A stretch of 64,000 nucleotides of DNA from Flectonema sp. DT1601 (lineage: Eukaryota): contig OZ025792.1 in the NCBI GenBank assembly GCA_964019425.1, positions 62,001-126,000 on the forward strand, in the 5' to 3' direction. A program made the position numbers and the translations under genes. The notes under the pieces are model-generated. The model searched no databases. It was not told the origin of the DNA and saw only the letters and a list, made by a program, of their open reading frames with translations. Position 1 is the first letter of the stretch. Each line of letters opens with the position of its first letter. Below, piece after piece: positions 53,608 to 64,000 of the stretch.

Positions 53608-54702
53608 CTACTTGGAGAGAGCGAATCCAACACGAGCGTTTGGAACATCAAACTCGAGGTAGTACTTTCTCATGAAGACGTCACCAAAGATCCAAACTGG
53701 TCCCATTGGAGGAGGGACATCAATTCCCATAAAACCAGAAAGACATTGACCCTGAACATTCATAATGTAGTCCTTCTGCTCAAGAGTGTACTTCTGTCCC
53801 AACATGGTTAGAACTAAGTCTGGAAGAGAGTTGTCCTTTGGACAGGTGGTGTAGGTGCACTCTCCGGTGACTCCTTCTTTGCATCCCAACTGCGCATTGA
53901 TCTCCTTTGCGATCTTCTTTGGGAAGGCCAACAATGAAGTACCAGAGTCCATAACGGCGTGGATGTTGGTATCAACTGACTTTCCGTTGAATGAAACATC
54001 GTCTCCCTTCAACTGCCAGTATCCCTTCTTGGCAACTGGAACGTAGGAAAAGGCTCCCTCGTGGTGGTCTGGGTTGCTTCCTCCGATGGCAAGCTCACCC
54101 TTGGTGCCATCACTTGTCAAGTAGAAAGCGAAGGTACCAGTTTGAATCTTTCTCTGGGCCAACAGACTGAAGAATGGCGGAGTGATGTGGTCAACAGCAA
54201 TTGATGGCCATCCCATTCCACAAATTCCGTCAAACTTTGCGACGTCCCAAGTAATTCCAGGCATCTTAGTAGCCTCTCCAAAGTTGATGGTCATATTTAA
54301 ACCAGCGATAGAAACAACATCAGTGTCAATCACTCCTTCTAACTTTCCACTTCCGTAACGGATCGCGAACGTTGTTCCGTTGGCTTTGTAGGTCGAGGAA
54401 TCCTCAGAGTGGTACCTTTCGTGACCAATGATTGATGGTTTTGGTCCAGGAACCCAAAGGTTTGAGCTACCAGTGTCAAAGATGACCTTAAAGTGTTGTG
54501 GAGGTGTACCAATAGTAATCGGTCCATAGTACTGTGCATTCTCAAAGTTAGAGATTGGAACCGATGGGACATCAGCTCCGTACTTCTTACACAGAGATGC
54601 GTGCTCAGCAGCGATGTTTCTGTTGGAAGCATCCTTCGCAAGTGGGATGGTCATACTGCTTGCCGCAGTAGCAAGAACAGCAATATTAAGTACCTTAAAC
54701 AT
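53608..54702 (-). CDS. Pepsin-family (A1) aspartic protease, cathepsin D-like
   Basis: Signal peptide, NAQYYGPITIGTPPQHFKVIFDTGSSNLWVP, a second catalytic motif DSGTS, and WIFGDVFMRKYY. Confidence 0.96.
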   Translation of the reverse strand: MFKVLNIAVLATAASSMTIPLAKDASNRNIAAEHASLCKKYGADVPSVPISNFENAQYYGPITIGTPPQHFKVIFDTGSSNLWVPGPKPSIIGHERYHSEDSSTYKANGTTFAIRYGSGKLEGVIDTDVVSIAGLNMTINFGEATKMPGITWDVAKFDGICGMGWPSIAVDHITPPFFSLLAQRKIQTGTFAFYLTSDGTKGELAIGGSNPDHHEGAFSYVPVAKKGYWQLKGDDVSFNGKSVDTNIHAVMDSGTSLLAFPKKIAKEINAQLGCKEGVTGECTYTTCPKDNSLPDLVLTMLGQKYTLEQKDYIMNVQGQCLSGFMGIDVPPPMGPVWIFGDVFMRKYYLEFDVPNARVGFALSK

Positions 54703-55609
54703 TTTGTTTGATAAGAACTGTTTTGAATTGTAAAATAATCAAAAAAAAATAAAAAAATACATCGAAGCTACTAATTAATTGTCCATCGGATATATGTTTT
54801 AAAAATGAAATATTACAACTCCCACACAAACACCCACTACAACATAACACACAATTCTAATAACAAACAAATTACTTCTACTGCAGCTGGAGCTAGTGCG
54901 TTAGTACAAAAGTTGAGAAGCTCACGTTCTATCTATGAGAGGGATGACACAAAAAAGTTTTAACACTACTCCGGGAGAGTCTCAAATGATTTAGAGCAAA
55001 GTATCCATTCCTTACCTTACGGAAGGATGTATCAAAAGAAAAGAATTAACACAAAGGTAAGTGATGCTACTAAGTGTTCTTCTGTCAGGTTCTTGTGGTG
55101 TCTGTCAGGAATAAGATGTTCGGTAGACTCAGATAGAGAATAATTCTTATATAAATCAACTTACAAATGACTTAAGAGAAAAAAAAAAAGTCATAAAAAA
55201 AGTAATCGTCACCCTCTTGATACTTCGCGAAGGTATGCTTGCAAGAAAAAAAAGAAAAAAAAGAAGAAAAAAATTCGTTTTTGCTGTTCATCACTTACAT
55301 CTGGAAAAGTCGAATTTCTCGTACAAATCGAGACACAGAAACTAAGAAGATAAGAGTGATAAGAGCATCTGGGAAGTCTACTTAGCCAAACCGTTCTAAA
55401 GGATAACAAAAAAAGTAGTCGTAAACAATAAACCTGCTCCGCCCATAAGTATAAATACACAAAAGAGTAACAAAGAAAATCATTCGTTCTCGGAAACTAA
55501 TACAAAACCGCATTCAAAAGAGTATCTCACTAACACATGTGAGACTAGAAGTGTGTTAATTCGCGATAAGAGAGATACAACACATGCTGTACAGTCATAA
55601 CTATAATCA

Positions 55610-56917
55610 CTAAGGACAATAAGGAACTGAAACACTATTAGAAGGAGTAGCAAATCCAGATGAGTACCGTCCCTGGTGTGTCAATTCCCGAACTCGAGAA
55701 CGTAAAAACGCCACCTCCGCATCCCTCGCAAAGTCATTAGGAGTTTGATAGGAAGTCCACGAAACGGGTGTCTCTGTCCTCGATGACGGGGGAGGAACTG
55801 ATGCACACGCTTGCTGATGTTGTATTTGACTCTCTAACAATGACGTTCGCAGTCGAAGAATCTCTTGTCGTGCCTCGTGTTCTTTTCTTTTAAACTTCTC
55901 CTTCTTCTTCGTAGCTACAAGTACATCTTTCTCTTTTCGTCGCAAGAGGGTGAGAAGCTGCTCCTTTTCATGAGCCCAGGCTACTTCCATCTCAACTGCC
56001 TGTGATTGCTGACTGCTTACGGAACTTCTTTGAAGTGAAGTCGATCGCCTTCCGTTGTCGATGATTGGAGTCTCTAGCAGTTGTTTAAGCGCCACATCAC
56101 GAGCTTCTTCAACAGCGTGAAACCTTTCCAACAGAGAGCTGTGGGCAGCCTTTTCTGCGCGGAGAGCTCCAATGGCTTCGTTCTTCTCTCGTCGCATAGC
56201 GGACACCTCGTCACGAACTGTGTCTGTTTCGTTTATTTCCGCAACTCTTTGCTGAGCTCGAATCGAACTTTTACTCGCCTCCACCAGTTCATCTTTTCGT
56301 ACTTGAAGGTCTCGAATCTGTCTCCTCAATGTTGTTGACTCAGATATTTGGTGTTGTATGAAATGGTTTTGATGTTGACGGAAGATTTCATTAAACTCTT
56401 CACTCTCTTCAAGACCTCTCTGAACTCTTAGATCTAATTCAGTTACTAAGAGATCAGTTTTTGAGAGTTCCAGTTTTCGAGCCTTGCGAAGCTTCTCAGA
56501 TGTCTTTTTAGTGTTGTCTCTCGCAATCCGAAGTGAAGCGTTCTCGTTTTTAAGATTCGTGAGAGCGTAAGCACTCTCACTTAATCTGAGAGTCAAACCC
56601 TCGACTTCAAGTTCTGCTTCACGTCGTTGATCTTCAGTGTTATCGACGTCTTGCATTGCTTCTTGAAGTCTGCTGTTAACACGTTCTAATTCTCGACCTC
56701 TGGACCTGTTTAACTCTTCAATCCCTTGGTGATAAACTGATAATGATACAGTACTCTCTCCAGACATTGAACTCATTGCTGATGATCTTCTTCTACTCGA
56801 CAGTAAGAGAGAACGTCTTCCCTCAGATACACTACTTGGCATCTTATCCGGTAGCGTCAATGGCGTCGCTTGCTCCGATTCCGACGTATCGGAAACCATA
56901 ACGATATTGCGAAACAT
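55610..56917 (-). CDS. Hypothetical coiled-coil protein
   Basis: Long heptad-rich ORF. The likely start is the ATG at 56917 or 56899, after a CAG acceptor. Confidence 0.75.
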   Translation of the reverse strand: MFRNIVMVSDTSESEQATPLTLPDKMPSSVSEGRRSLLLSSRRRSSAMSSMSGESTVSLSVYHQGIEELNRSRGRELERVNSRLQEAMQDVDNTEDQRREAELEVEGLTLRLSESAYALTNLKNENASLRIARDNTKKTSEKLRKARKLELSKTDLLVTELDLRVQRGLEESEEFNEIFRQHQNHFIQHQISESTTLRRQIRDLQVRKDELVEASKSSIRAQQRVAEINETDTVRDEVSAMRREKNEAIGALRAEKAAHSSLLERFHAVEEARDVALKQLLETPIIDNGRRSTSLQRSSVSSQQSQAVEMEVAWAHEKEQLLTLLRRKEKDVLVATKKKEKFKRKEHEARQEILRLRTSLLESQIQHQQACASVPPPSSRTETPVSWTSYQTPNDFARDAEVAFLRSRVRELTHQGRYSSGFATPSNSVSVPYCP

Positions 56918-57285
56918 GTACTGATGAGGTTTGAGATAACATAAGTCGTCGCCGTGAGATTCTAATAAACTAAAGAAATAATAATGACCGTTCACACTGC
57001 AGTTATGGATATTGTTGTGGACCAAACCTTTTTTTAAAAAAAAGAAGATTTTAAAAAGATCACTACTTAAAAAAGAAAACTGTGCGTACCCGTGATAACA
57101 CAACTACAGAATATGATAAATAGGTCGCCTCCTGGTGCCGCTCCGATTTTGGGGGCTAGAAGGCTGCTACGACGTAGAAGTGAACTCCGAAGCTCCTATT
57201 TCGTTTTTTGTCAACTGCTGTGAATGTCTCAGTCCTCAGATGGAAGAGGGCGTGGTTTGTGTTCACAACTAACAAACACTTGTGT

Positions 57286-58158
57286 CTACTGGCCGTGCTT
57301 CGAACGTTCATCAGCGAGTTTCTTTTCGTAAGCAGCTTTGCAAGAGTCTGTGTAGTATATCGAAAGGTGTTCTTCTTCAGCTTCGTGAATATCACCGCAG
57401 AGAACCATCGAGTGAAGAGGTTCTCCAAAATCGATTTCAGCAAGTTCAGTAAGTGTTCCAGCAACAATCATTTGATCATCACAACCAACTCTAGCAAGAC
57501 CAACAGCATATGTCTCAGGAGTGATTATTGAACAGTTACGTTTCTTACTAACTGTGATAAGTTGTTCAGCAGCCTGCTGGACGGTCATAAAGCGAGCAGG
57601 TTCATAAATCTTTCTACCACGAGCCATGTTCTCAATTGACTGCTCTTTTACTTTGATATCCACCAAAAGGAGAGCATGGAGGCCAAGTTTCTTCGATTCG
57701 ATAATTTTATCGTACCAGCTGTCTGGTTGCCAAGTGTCTGTCCAAAAGCAAAGACTGACAGTCTGTCCGTAGCGGTAGAGTTGCAGTCCGCATGTTCCGA
57801 TCGCTGAGAGAATTGTTGAGTTGTGAATAACGTTGCATTTTATATTCTTTTCTTTACAACGAACTACTAAATCGCTGTGAGTGGTTGCTCCAAAAGGATC
57901 TCCGACGACAAGTAACGCAACGTCTTTGTCAGTGGCTTCGTTTAAAACGTCACCTGACTCGACAGCTTCACGATCAGCAATGACTACTTCTCTTCCGTAG
58001 AATTCAGATAGACCTGCAGCATCATTAGCATCTTGGTTTAATAAAACAGATGTGTACGCTTCAAGGTAGACAATGTCACATTTCTTCACACACTCCAGTC
58101 CTTTGACTGTAATGTCTTTCTCATCTCCAAGTCCGAGACCTACTAAATGGAATGGCAT
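57286..58158 (-). CDS. DPH5: Diphthine methyl ester synthase
   Basis: LVGLGLGDEKDITVKGLE, VYLEAYTS, LVVGDPFGATTHSDL, GLQLYRYGQTVS, LVDIKVKE and DFGEPLHSMV. Confidence 0.97.
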   Translation of the reverse strand: MPFHLVGLGLGDEKDITVKGLECVKKCDIVYLEAYTSVLLNQDANDAAGLSEFYGREVVIADREAVESGDVLNEATDKDVALLVVGDPFGATTHSDLVVRCKEKNIKCNVIHNSTILSAIGTCGLQLYRYGQTVSLCFWTDTWQPDSWYDKIIESKKLGLHALLLVDIKVKEQSIENMARGRKIYEPARFMTVQQAAEQLITVSKKRNCSIITPETYAVGLARVGCDDQMIVAGTLTELAEIDFGEPLHSMVLCGDIHEAEEEHLSIYYTDSCKAAYEKKLADERSKHGQ

Positions 58159-58445
58159 CTTTTTATTTTATTTGCTGTTGAATAAAAATAGTAATGTGAT
58201 TACTTTTTAAAAAAGGGTTTCCAACATAACTTAACAACTATTGATATTGTAGTCTGATCACAGAAGTGTTCAGTTGAATACAAAAACAATATTAGTTGTG
58301 AACGGAATAAAGTTGCAAGAAGAACGCAAATAAAAAAGTGTGTAAATGAAAATCTTTCTCAGTGAGGATTTTTTTTTTTTTTTTTTTTTTTTTTTGCAAC
58401 TTTTTCGAACGTTGTTAGTTTTTTCTTAGCTATAATAAAATCTTT

Positions 58446-59132
58446 TTACTTCTTTTGTGTCGCAAGTCGATCTAACAACCCACGCATCTGAGAAGGCGAG
58501 AGCTTTTTCTTCTTCGCTTGGGGAGCAGCGTACTTAACTGATAATTTATTAATAATTTTTTGATGTCGGAGATTGGACTCTTCCATCGACTGATTTAGAG
58601 ATGAGATGGCGAGAGTTCCGAGACGTCTGGTCTGAGTAGGTTTTCCGTACCATTTGCTATCACATTCTCTCATTCTTTCAGGTCGTTCTGTGATATCGAG
58701 TGTGTATAATCGGTTTATAACATCGTGTAGTTCTTCACTAGCGAGAGATTTCTTAGAAATTGAATTAGTTGCCATGAATGGAGTGTCCGCGAGTTTCTCT
58801 TCCATTCTTTTCACTCGAGTGTTCTGCATTTCCAATCCCTCAAAGTAAAGCTGTTCAAGTCTTGGGCTGCTAGGCCTGCTCCTGTTTGTTGTTCCTTTTG
58901 TTATCACTCTGTCTGTTCCTTCTTTTACTATTCGATCTTCTTCTTCCTTTCTAACTCTCATCTTTGCTGCTGGTGCTTTGTATAGTCTTTCAAGGCTCTC
59001 AGTTTCTTCTTTCTTGCTGAGTTGTTTTCTAATAGGTGGTACCCCTGGGTAGGCCGGTAGTTGGTTGAATTTTCTCCAAATGTCATTTTGACGTTTGCGA
59101 CGAATGAAGCTCACAGCGTTGAGGCTGACCAT
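58446..59132 (-). CDS. Hypothetical basic protein with recurring (E/N/D)RLY-like motifs
   Basis: ORF on the coding strand with LERLY, LEQLY, INRLY and LDRLA. The start position is approximate. Confidence 0.65.
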   Translation of the reverse strand: MVSLNAVSFIRRKRQNDIWRKFNQLPAYPGVPPIRKQLSKKEETESLERLYKAPAAKMRVRKEEEDRIVKEGTDRVITKGTTNRSRPSSPRLEQLYFEGLEMQNTRVKRMEEKLADTPFMATNSISKKSLASEELHDVINRLYTLDITERPERMRECDSKWYGKPTQTRRLGTLAISSLNQSMEESNLRHQKIINKLSVKYAAPQAKKKKLSPSQMRGLLDRLATQKK

Positions 59133-59566
59133 TTTTAAGTGATGTTTTCTGTTGAAAGGGATTGTTAATAAACAAATTTTATATTTCATTTATTCATAAT
59201 GGGAACTGACGACTTAGAACACTACCGAGTTGTGCTGCCTCGCAACTCTTTTTTTTTTCCTGTGCTTCTTCACCATTTCTCGTCTTATTTTTATTTTTTT
59301 TTTTTTTTTTTCCAGGAATAGGAAACGTCGTCAAGTAAAGATGATGACGTGTCTGTTTTCTCGAAATTGTATTTTTTTTTTCCTTCTTCTCTTTCTTAAA
59401 ATCTCTAAATCGTCGTAGCTCCCATATTGAACATTTGTTCAACATTAGTAATAAAAAGTTAATAAATAATAAATAAGGTAAGTTTGATATCTAAAGGGGC
59501 AGAGCATAATCTGGGCAAGGGATAATAAAATAAAATATAAAAAAAAGACGAAAAAAAACTCCCAAA

Positions 59567-62500
59567 TCAGTATCCAGCATCTCTAACTAGGGCACTGTAG
59601 TTGGCATTTTCGTCAGGAAGGTATTTCGGTTTTGTTGGTTGTGAAGCAACAGTAGTCTTTGCTGGTTTTGTTAGTCCAAATAGCGGGTACAATTTATCTC
59701 TGTTGGTTCGAACTAACTCTGCTGAAGGTGCATCCCAAGCAGACTCACATAGTATAGACTGCGAGAGCTCATTATTATCTCCTCCAAGTTGAGGACACAA
59801 CAGTAGTGATGTTTGTAATGAGCTCCCAACCTTGGCTCTTACTTTTGGAAAGCGTCCAGCAACAAGAAGAAGTAGACAGTGAAGTAAACAATCAGTTTCT
59901 TCTTTATCAACATCAGACATCACTAATATAGTAAGCAGCCCGCAGAGTACTTCTACAGATTGTAAGATGATGTGAATTTCTTTAGCACTCTTTCTCAGTT
60001 CTGCTCGCAGTGCTTTTGAGAATGAAGAGGCAGCTGTCTCAGGGAAGAGTTGCATACTCTGTAGCTTTTCAACAGTTCCAAGTAGAGGTAACAACACTCG
60101 CTCACAACCAGAGTTCTCAGATAACATATTTGTAATACACATAATCATTCTGTGTAAGTATTGAGGATATTTCTGCATAAACGCGGTAAGAGATTCAAAC
60201 GCTGGTCGTGACACGTGAACACTCATCCCACCAGAAGCAACTACAAGACCATAAAGGATACTTTCATACAGCTGCTCAGTTTCTAATAATGGAGTAATGA
60301 CTGTGTAGGTATCAAGTGGAGCTCCCCAGTCTTCAACTGATTGAGATTGTTGTTTAAATGTTTGTAACAATTGTTTGAGTGAAGGGTCGGAAATCAAATT
60401 CAACAAATCACTGTTGACGATAGAATTCAGAAGTGTCCCAGCAACTGACCGAACTCGATCAAGTTTTTCAGTAGATTGACGAAGTAGGAGTTGTAATAAA
60501 CGAATGAATTGCTTCTCAGTGAGGATGCCAATGCTGTGCATACCCAGAGCTAAAGATGTTTCTCCGTTCATCGCAGCAACGCGGACTAAAGAACCGACGT
60601 CACCACGCTGATCAATTGTGTAGTCGATTGACGCTGTTTCTAATGTAGAAAATACCTTCTCGAGAAGTTCCAAAGAAGGTTTCTCACCTCTCAAGGCGAT
60701 GGTTGCCACTGCTGTGCATGCATTTCTACGAGACTCTGCGTCACGGATTTCAGAATCTTCCTCGACAGGTACATTTTCAAGTAGCTTTTCTACAATGTCA
60801 CAATGCGTCTCTTCGAAGTACGGCATCAATCCGAGTGCTAATGCTGCTCCACGACGTTCATTAGGGAGGTTGTTAGTAGGAAGCAAGTTGAGAAGTTTCT
60901 TTGTGATTTTACCGTGAAAGTTTTCATCGAATTTTTGAAAATATCTCTTAGAAAACGCACCAAATGCACGTGATGCCGCCACCTGAACCGTCTCGTTAGC
61001 TTGAACAAGGGTCTCATCAAGACACTCTTGGTATCTACCGAGAGTCTTTACTTTCTTCGTACCCTTTAGTGTTGTGATCTGCAGTACTTGAGGGAGTTCG
61101 ATACCAGCTGTTGCCATGTTTTCAATTAATCGGCAGATTGCAATGCGAACATGTTCCCCACCTCTTCCTCTGTAGAGACGCGACTGCTCAAGTTTTGGCA
61201 TCAAATTGATGATCGCCGACTGAGTATCCGAAGATAGTTTTGATAGCGACTGTAAAACTATTTCTGCGATCCCCAAAATAGATCCGTGTCGGGCATCAAC
61301 AGAACCAGTTGAGATCGAACGTTCTAAAAGAGTGTTAATATGTTTGGTAACGATGTCACCTTCACTATCTTCAGCTATCGATAACTTTCCTAAAGTCTCA
61401 GCAGCTAATTGCCTGACATCTCTATCAGAGTGTTGAAGTCTATTAGTTGATAAGTGTTCAGAGAAATGATTGTGATAAGTCTTATCGTAAGCAGCAATCA
61501 CAGGAGACACTTCTAAATAAGCTCTCTTCCTGTTAGACAATGTGAAGTAGTCAGCTCTAGTTACGATATCGATACCGTGAGGGAAGTTACCAAGACGGCC
61601 GATACACTCCTGAAACGCAGCAGCAGCAGCTCTTCTCACAGAGATTTCCTTATCGTACAGTGCCGTTGATAAAAGAGAAGCTGACATCTTCTCCGCGTAC
61701 GAAGCAATGTCAGACGGAGCGTAGGCTCGAGCGAAAGCCCAGCAGACATAGCAACCAGCATCACGAACATGGCGGCCAACACTATAAGATCCCTTCACTA
61801 CTTCGTACTTTAAGGATTTCAAAGTAATTGGAATTACTTGTTCTATTAGTGATGGGAGAAGTAGACCTCTTCGGGCTAACTCGGCAAGTGCAAGACATCC
61901 TCCGTGCCAGGCATTGCTGTCTTCGTACAAATCAAAAGTATCCAACACTGCATTGACAACGTCATCTGCTTCTTCTTTAGCAAGTCTAGCAGTTAATCTA
62001 CCAACTCCTTTAGCTGCTGACCATCTTACGATGCTGTCTTGATTCTTTAATGATTCTAATACAACTCCTAGAACTGGTTCTACTTCCTCTGGGGCGGTGT
62101 CGTCTTCGTCATCATCTTCTTCTTCTTGTGATTGTTGTTGTTGTTGTTGACCACCTTTTAGATTATCAAGAAGACTTCTCATTCCTCTTTGATACCTCCA
62201 CGACACTACTCTAGGTTTTAAGTATGCGAGTCCCAGTCTTTGAACAGACTTGACAAGCATCTTACTGAGCAACATGTTATTTAATTCCGTTAAGTGTTCT
62301 TGAGTAAGCATATCAGAGATCAATCCCAAGTGTGGAGCTAGTTCTTCCCTTCTACCGAATTTCATAAGACTGGCGACAGCAGAGAGGGCACCTGCTTGTC
62401 TGAAAACTTCTGTCTCGTCATCAGTTGGTTGAAGACACCCTCCACACCATTTAAGGAATTGAGGAAGATGTTGAGACTTCGCCATGTCTGGTCTGGTAAG

Positions 62501-63232
62501 GAGTCGACCTACGAAGATGGCACCGACTTCACGAACTTTTCCTGGTCGTGTGAGACAGAATTGAGCAACTTCGATAAGCAAATCTTCCAATGACAAAGAG
62601 TCATGCATTCCACTATCAATAGACTTAATATCAAAAGGAACTAAGACAGTATTAGTCATCCACAGTAGAAGAAGGTATCTTATTTCCCAAGTTCGTTGAG
62701 GATGGTTAGCCGTCGACCAAATTAAATAATAAAAAGCATATTCAAACTGACGAACGTCATGCGGCAGGTGCGCAATTAAGTTCTTTGGACCGACCACTTT
62801 CCCTAAATAATACGCTAAGACAGCAATCTCATGAAGATACGTACGTGGGTCATCATCTTCTTCAAAGGGAGCTGTGCACTTTAATATATCAATCACTTGT
62901 GATGAGCCGTAACGTTGTAAGACTGCCTCTTTGTCGTCTATCGCCCTCTTCCAGAAAGCTTTGACAATTAGAGCAGCAAATTCTGGGAGGACACTTCTGA
63001 GGAGTTGACCTTGTTCTTGATAAGTATCGAGTATGTCTCTTACTCTTTTATAGTTTAGTTTTCCTTCTTTGTGAGCTTCTTCACCTCCGTCTATAATTTC
63101 ATTTAATATTTTGAGGACCTCTTCACGATGTTCTGATTTAAAGTGAGATCCCGATGCTGGGAGAGCGATATCTTCTTCGTCTTTTACTTCAATATCCTCG
63201 TACTCTTTACTAGGAGAGGTTGGGTTCGACAT
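59567..63232 (-). CDS. TBCD: Tubulin-specific chaperone D
   Basis: YQEQGQLL, WEIRYLLLLW, VPFD, VRWSAAKGVGR, WHGGCLALAELARRGLLLP, VRDAGCYVCWAFARAY and YTIDQRGDVGSLVR. Confidence 0.96.
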   Translation of the reverse strand: MSNPTSPSKEYEDIEVKDEEDIALPASGSHFKSEHREEVLKILNEIIDGGEEAHKEGKLNYKRVRDILDTYQEQGQLLRSVLPEFAALIVKAFWKRAIDDKEAVLQRYGSSQVIDILKCTAPFEEDDDPRTYLHEIAVLAYYLGKVVGPKNLIAHLPHDVRQFEYAFYYLIWSTANHPQRTWEIRYLLLLWMTNTVLVPFDIKSIDSGMHDSLSLEDLLIEVAQFCLTRPGKVREVGAIFVGRLLTRPDMAKSQHLPQFLKWCGGCLQPTDDETEVFRQAGALSAVASLMKFGRREELAPHLGLISDMLTQEHLTELNNMLLSKMLVKSVQRLGLAYLKPRVVSWRYQRGMRSLLDNLKGGQQQQQQSQEEEDDDEDDTAPEEVEPVLGVVLESLKNQDSIVRWSAAKGVGRLTARLAKEEADDVVNAVLDTFDLYEDSNAWHGGCLALAELARRGLLLPSLIEQVIPITLKSLKYEVVKGSYSVGRHVRDAGCYVCWAFARAYAPSDIASYAEKMSASLLSTALYDKEISVRRAAAAAFQECIGRLGNFPHGIDIVTRADYFTLSNRKRAYLEVSPVIAAYDKTYHNHFSEHLSTNRLQHSDRDVRQLAAETLGKLSIAEDSEGDIVTKHINTLLERSISTGSVDARHGSILGIAEIVLQSLSKLSSDTQSAIINLMPKLEQSRLYRGRGGEHVRIAICRLIENMATAGIELPQVLQITTLKGTKKVKTLGRYQECLDETLVQANETVQVAASRAFGAFSKRYFQKFDENFHGKITKKLLNLLPTNNLPNERRGAALALGLMPYFEETHCDIVEKLLENVPVEEDSEIRDAESRRNACTAVATIALRGEKPSLELLEKVFSTLETASIDYTIDQRGDVGSLVRVAAMNGETSLALGMHSIGILTEKQFIRLLQLLLRQSTEKLDRVRSVAGTLLNSIVNSDLLNLISDPSLKQLLQTFKQQSQSVEDWGAPLDTYTVITPLLETEQLYESILYGLVVASGGMSVHVSRPAFESLTAFMQKYPQYLHRMIMCITNMLSENSGCERVLLPLLGTVEKLQSMQLFPETAASSFSKALRAELRKSAKEIHIILQSVEVLCGLLTILVMSDVDKEETDCLLHCLLLLVAGRFPKVRAKVGSSLQTSLLLCPQLGGDNNELSQSILCESAWDAPSAELVRTNRDKLYPLFGLTKPAKTTVASQPTKPKYLPDENANYSALVRDAGY

Positions 63233-64000
63233 CTGTGAGTCTGACTAGTGTTTGAAATACGTAATGAATATAGAAACTGAAATCAACGGTAGTCTCCTAA
63301 GAATACTTGAATCTGTGTTAACAAAAATAAATAGTTAAATCAGAAATAACAACACGGTGATCAAATCAAATAAAACTAACACATAAAAAACGTTCTTCTA
63401 TAGTTATCTGAAACGCACAAAGTTTATCCAACACGTCGGAGAAGTCGCAATACGTACGTCGTCTTCGTTGCAAACGAATAACAGACGCTATACTGATTAC
63501 AGAAAACATTCGAATTAGCCTTCTCCCTACCTCTAGTGTTGTCGTAAAAAAGTTAAACTACTCAGATTAGCCTCATATTTCATTAAACGCAGACAGAATC
63601 CTGTCGCACGGTGGAGATGAGTTTATGACCATAAGAAATATCGGCTTTTCAATCTGAATAGGAATAAAAAAAATAAAAAAAAAGGAGAAAAAATAAAATA
63701 AATGATAGCGCCTCCCTAAGTAAAAAAATACACACAACCATAACCATAAAATAACAGGTCGTTCGCTTGAAGCCTCATACTTGTGTAGTAACAGTTCTAT
63801 CTGAGGATGAGACTCCAAGGGTTCTAAAACATAATTTTCGACAACTTTTTTTTTTTTTTTTTTTCGTATCTTATTCTGTGAGTGAGCGATAACTGATTAT
63901 CATCTCGTTCTACACTATCTGTGTTTTTTCGTTTTTTCTTTTTTTAAGGTAATCATTCGGAGAAGCAATTCCTAACTATCAGACTGATTTACTACTCTAG

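Noticed and set aside
9826..62593. Numerous plus-strand ORFs of 60-210 aa
   Set aside because: They are antisense shadows of minus-strand genes or repeats, with no recognisable motifs.

Overview
Eukaryotic, most likely euglenozoan (diplonemid-like) nuclear DNA. This is inferred from about 24 protein genes between 8.6 and 63.2 kb that all lie on the minus strand, with AG acceptors just 5' of many ATGs, a WCPPC tryparedoxin-like gene and scattered short GT-AG introns. The first 8.5 kb is a pile-up of mobile elements in A/(TAAA)n tracts just upstream of a tRNA-Pro(AGG) gene. It holds a 3.1-kb non-autonomous TIR element carrying a tRNA-derived Pol III-like unit, a long 5'-truncated APE-RT-RNaseH LINE whose RT has a PDZ-like insertion, and a second, divergent, 5'-truncated copy head-to-head with it. 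The rest is mostly housekeeping genes: condensin CAP-G, POLD2, PRP16, RBM39, PARP6/8-like, cathepsin D-like, DPH5 and TBCD. The most striking observation is a 652-bp tandem repeat at 21.9-24.0 kb that the ORF track misses. It resolves into phase-compatible exons encoding three near-identical 79-aa HTH/trihelix-like modules that differ mainly at two adjacent residues (LN/HT/DR) in the predicted recognition helix, a TALE-like variable-diresidue arrangement. All domain and splice calls were made by eye, without database searches.
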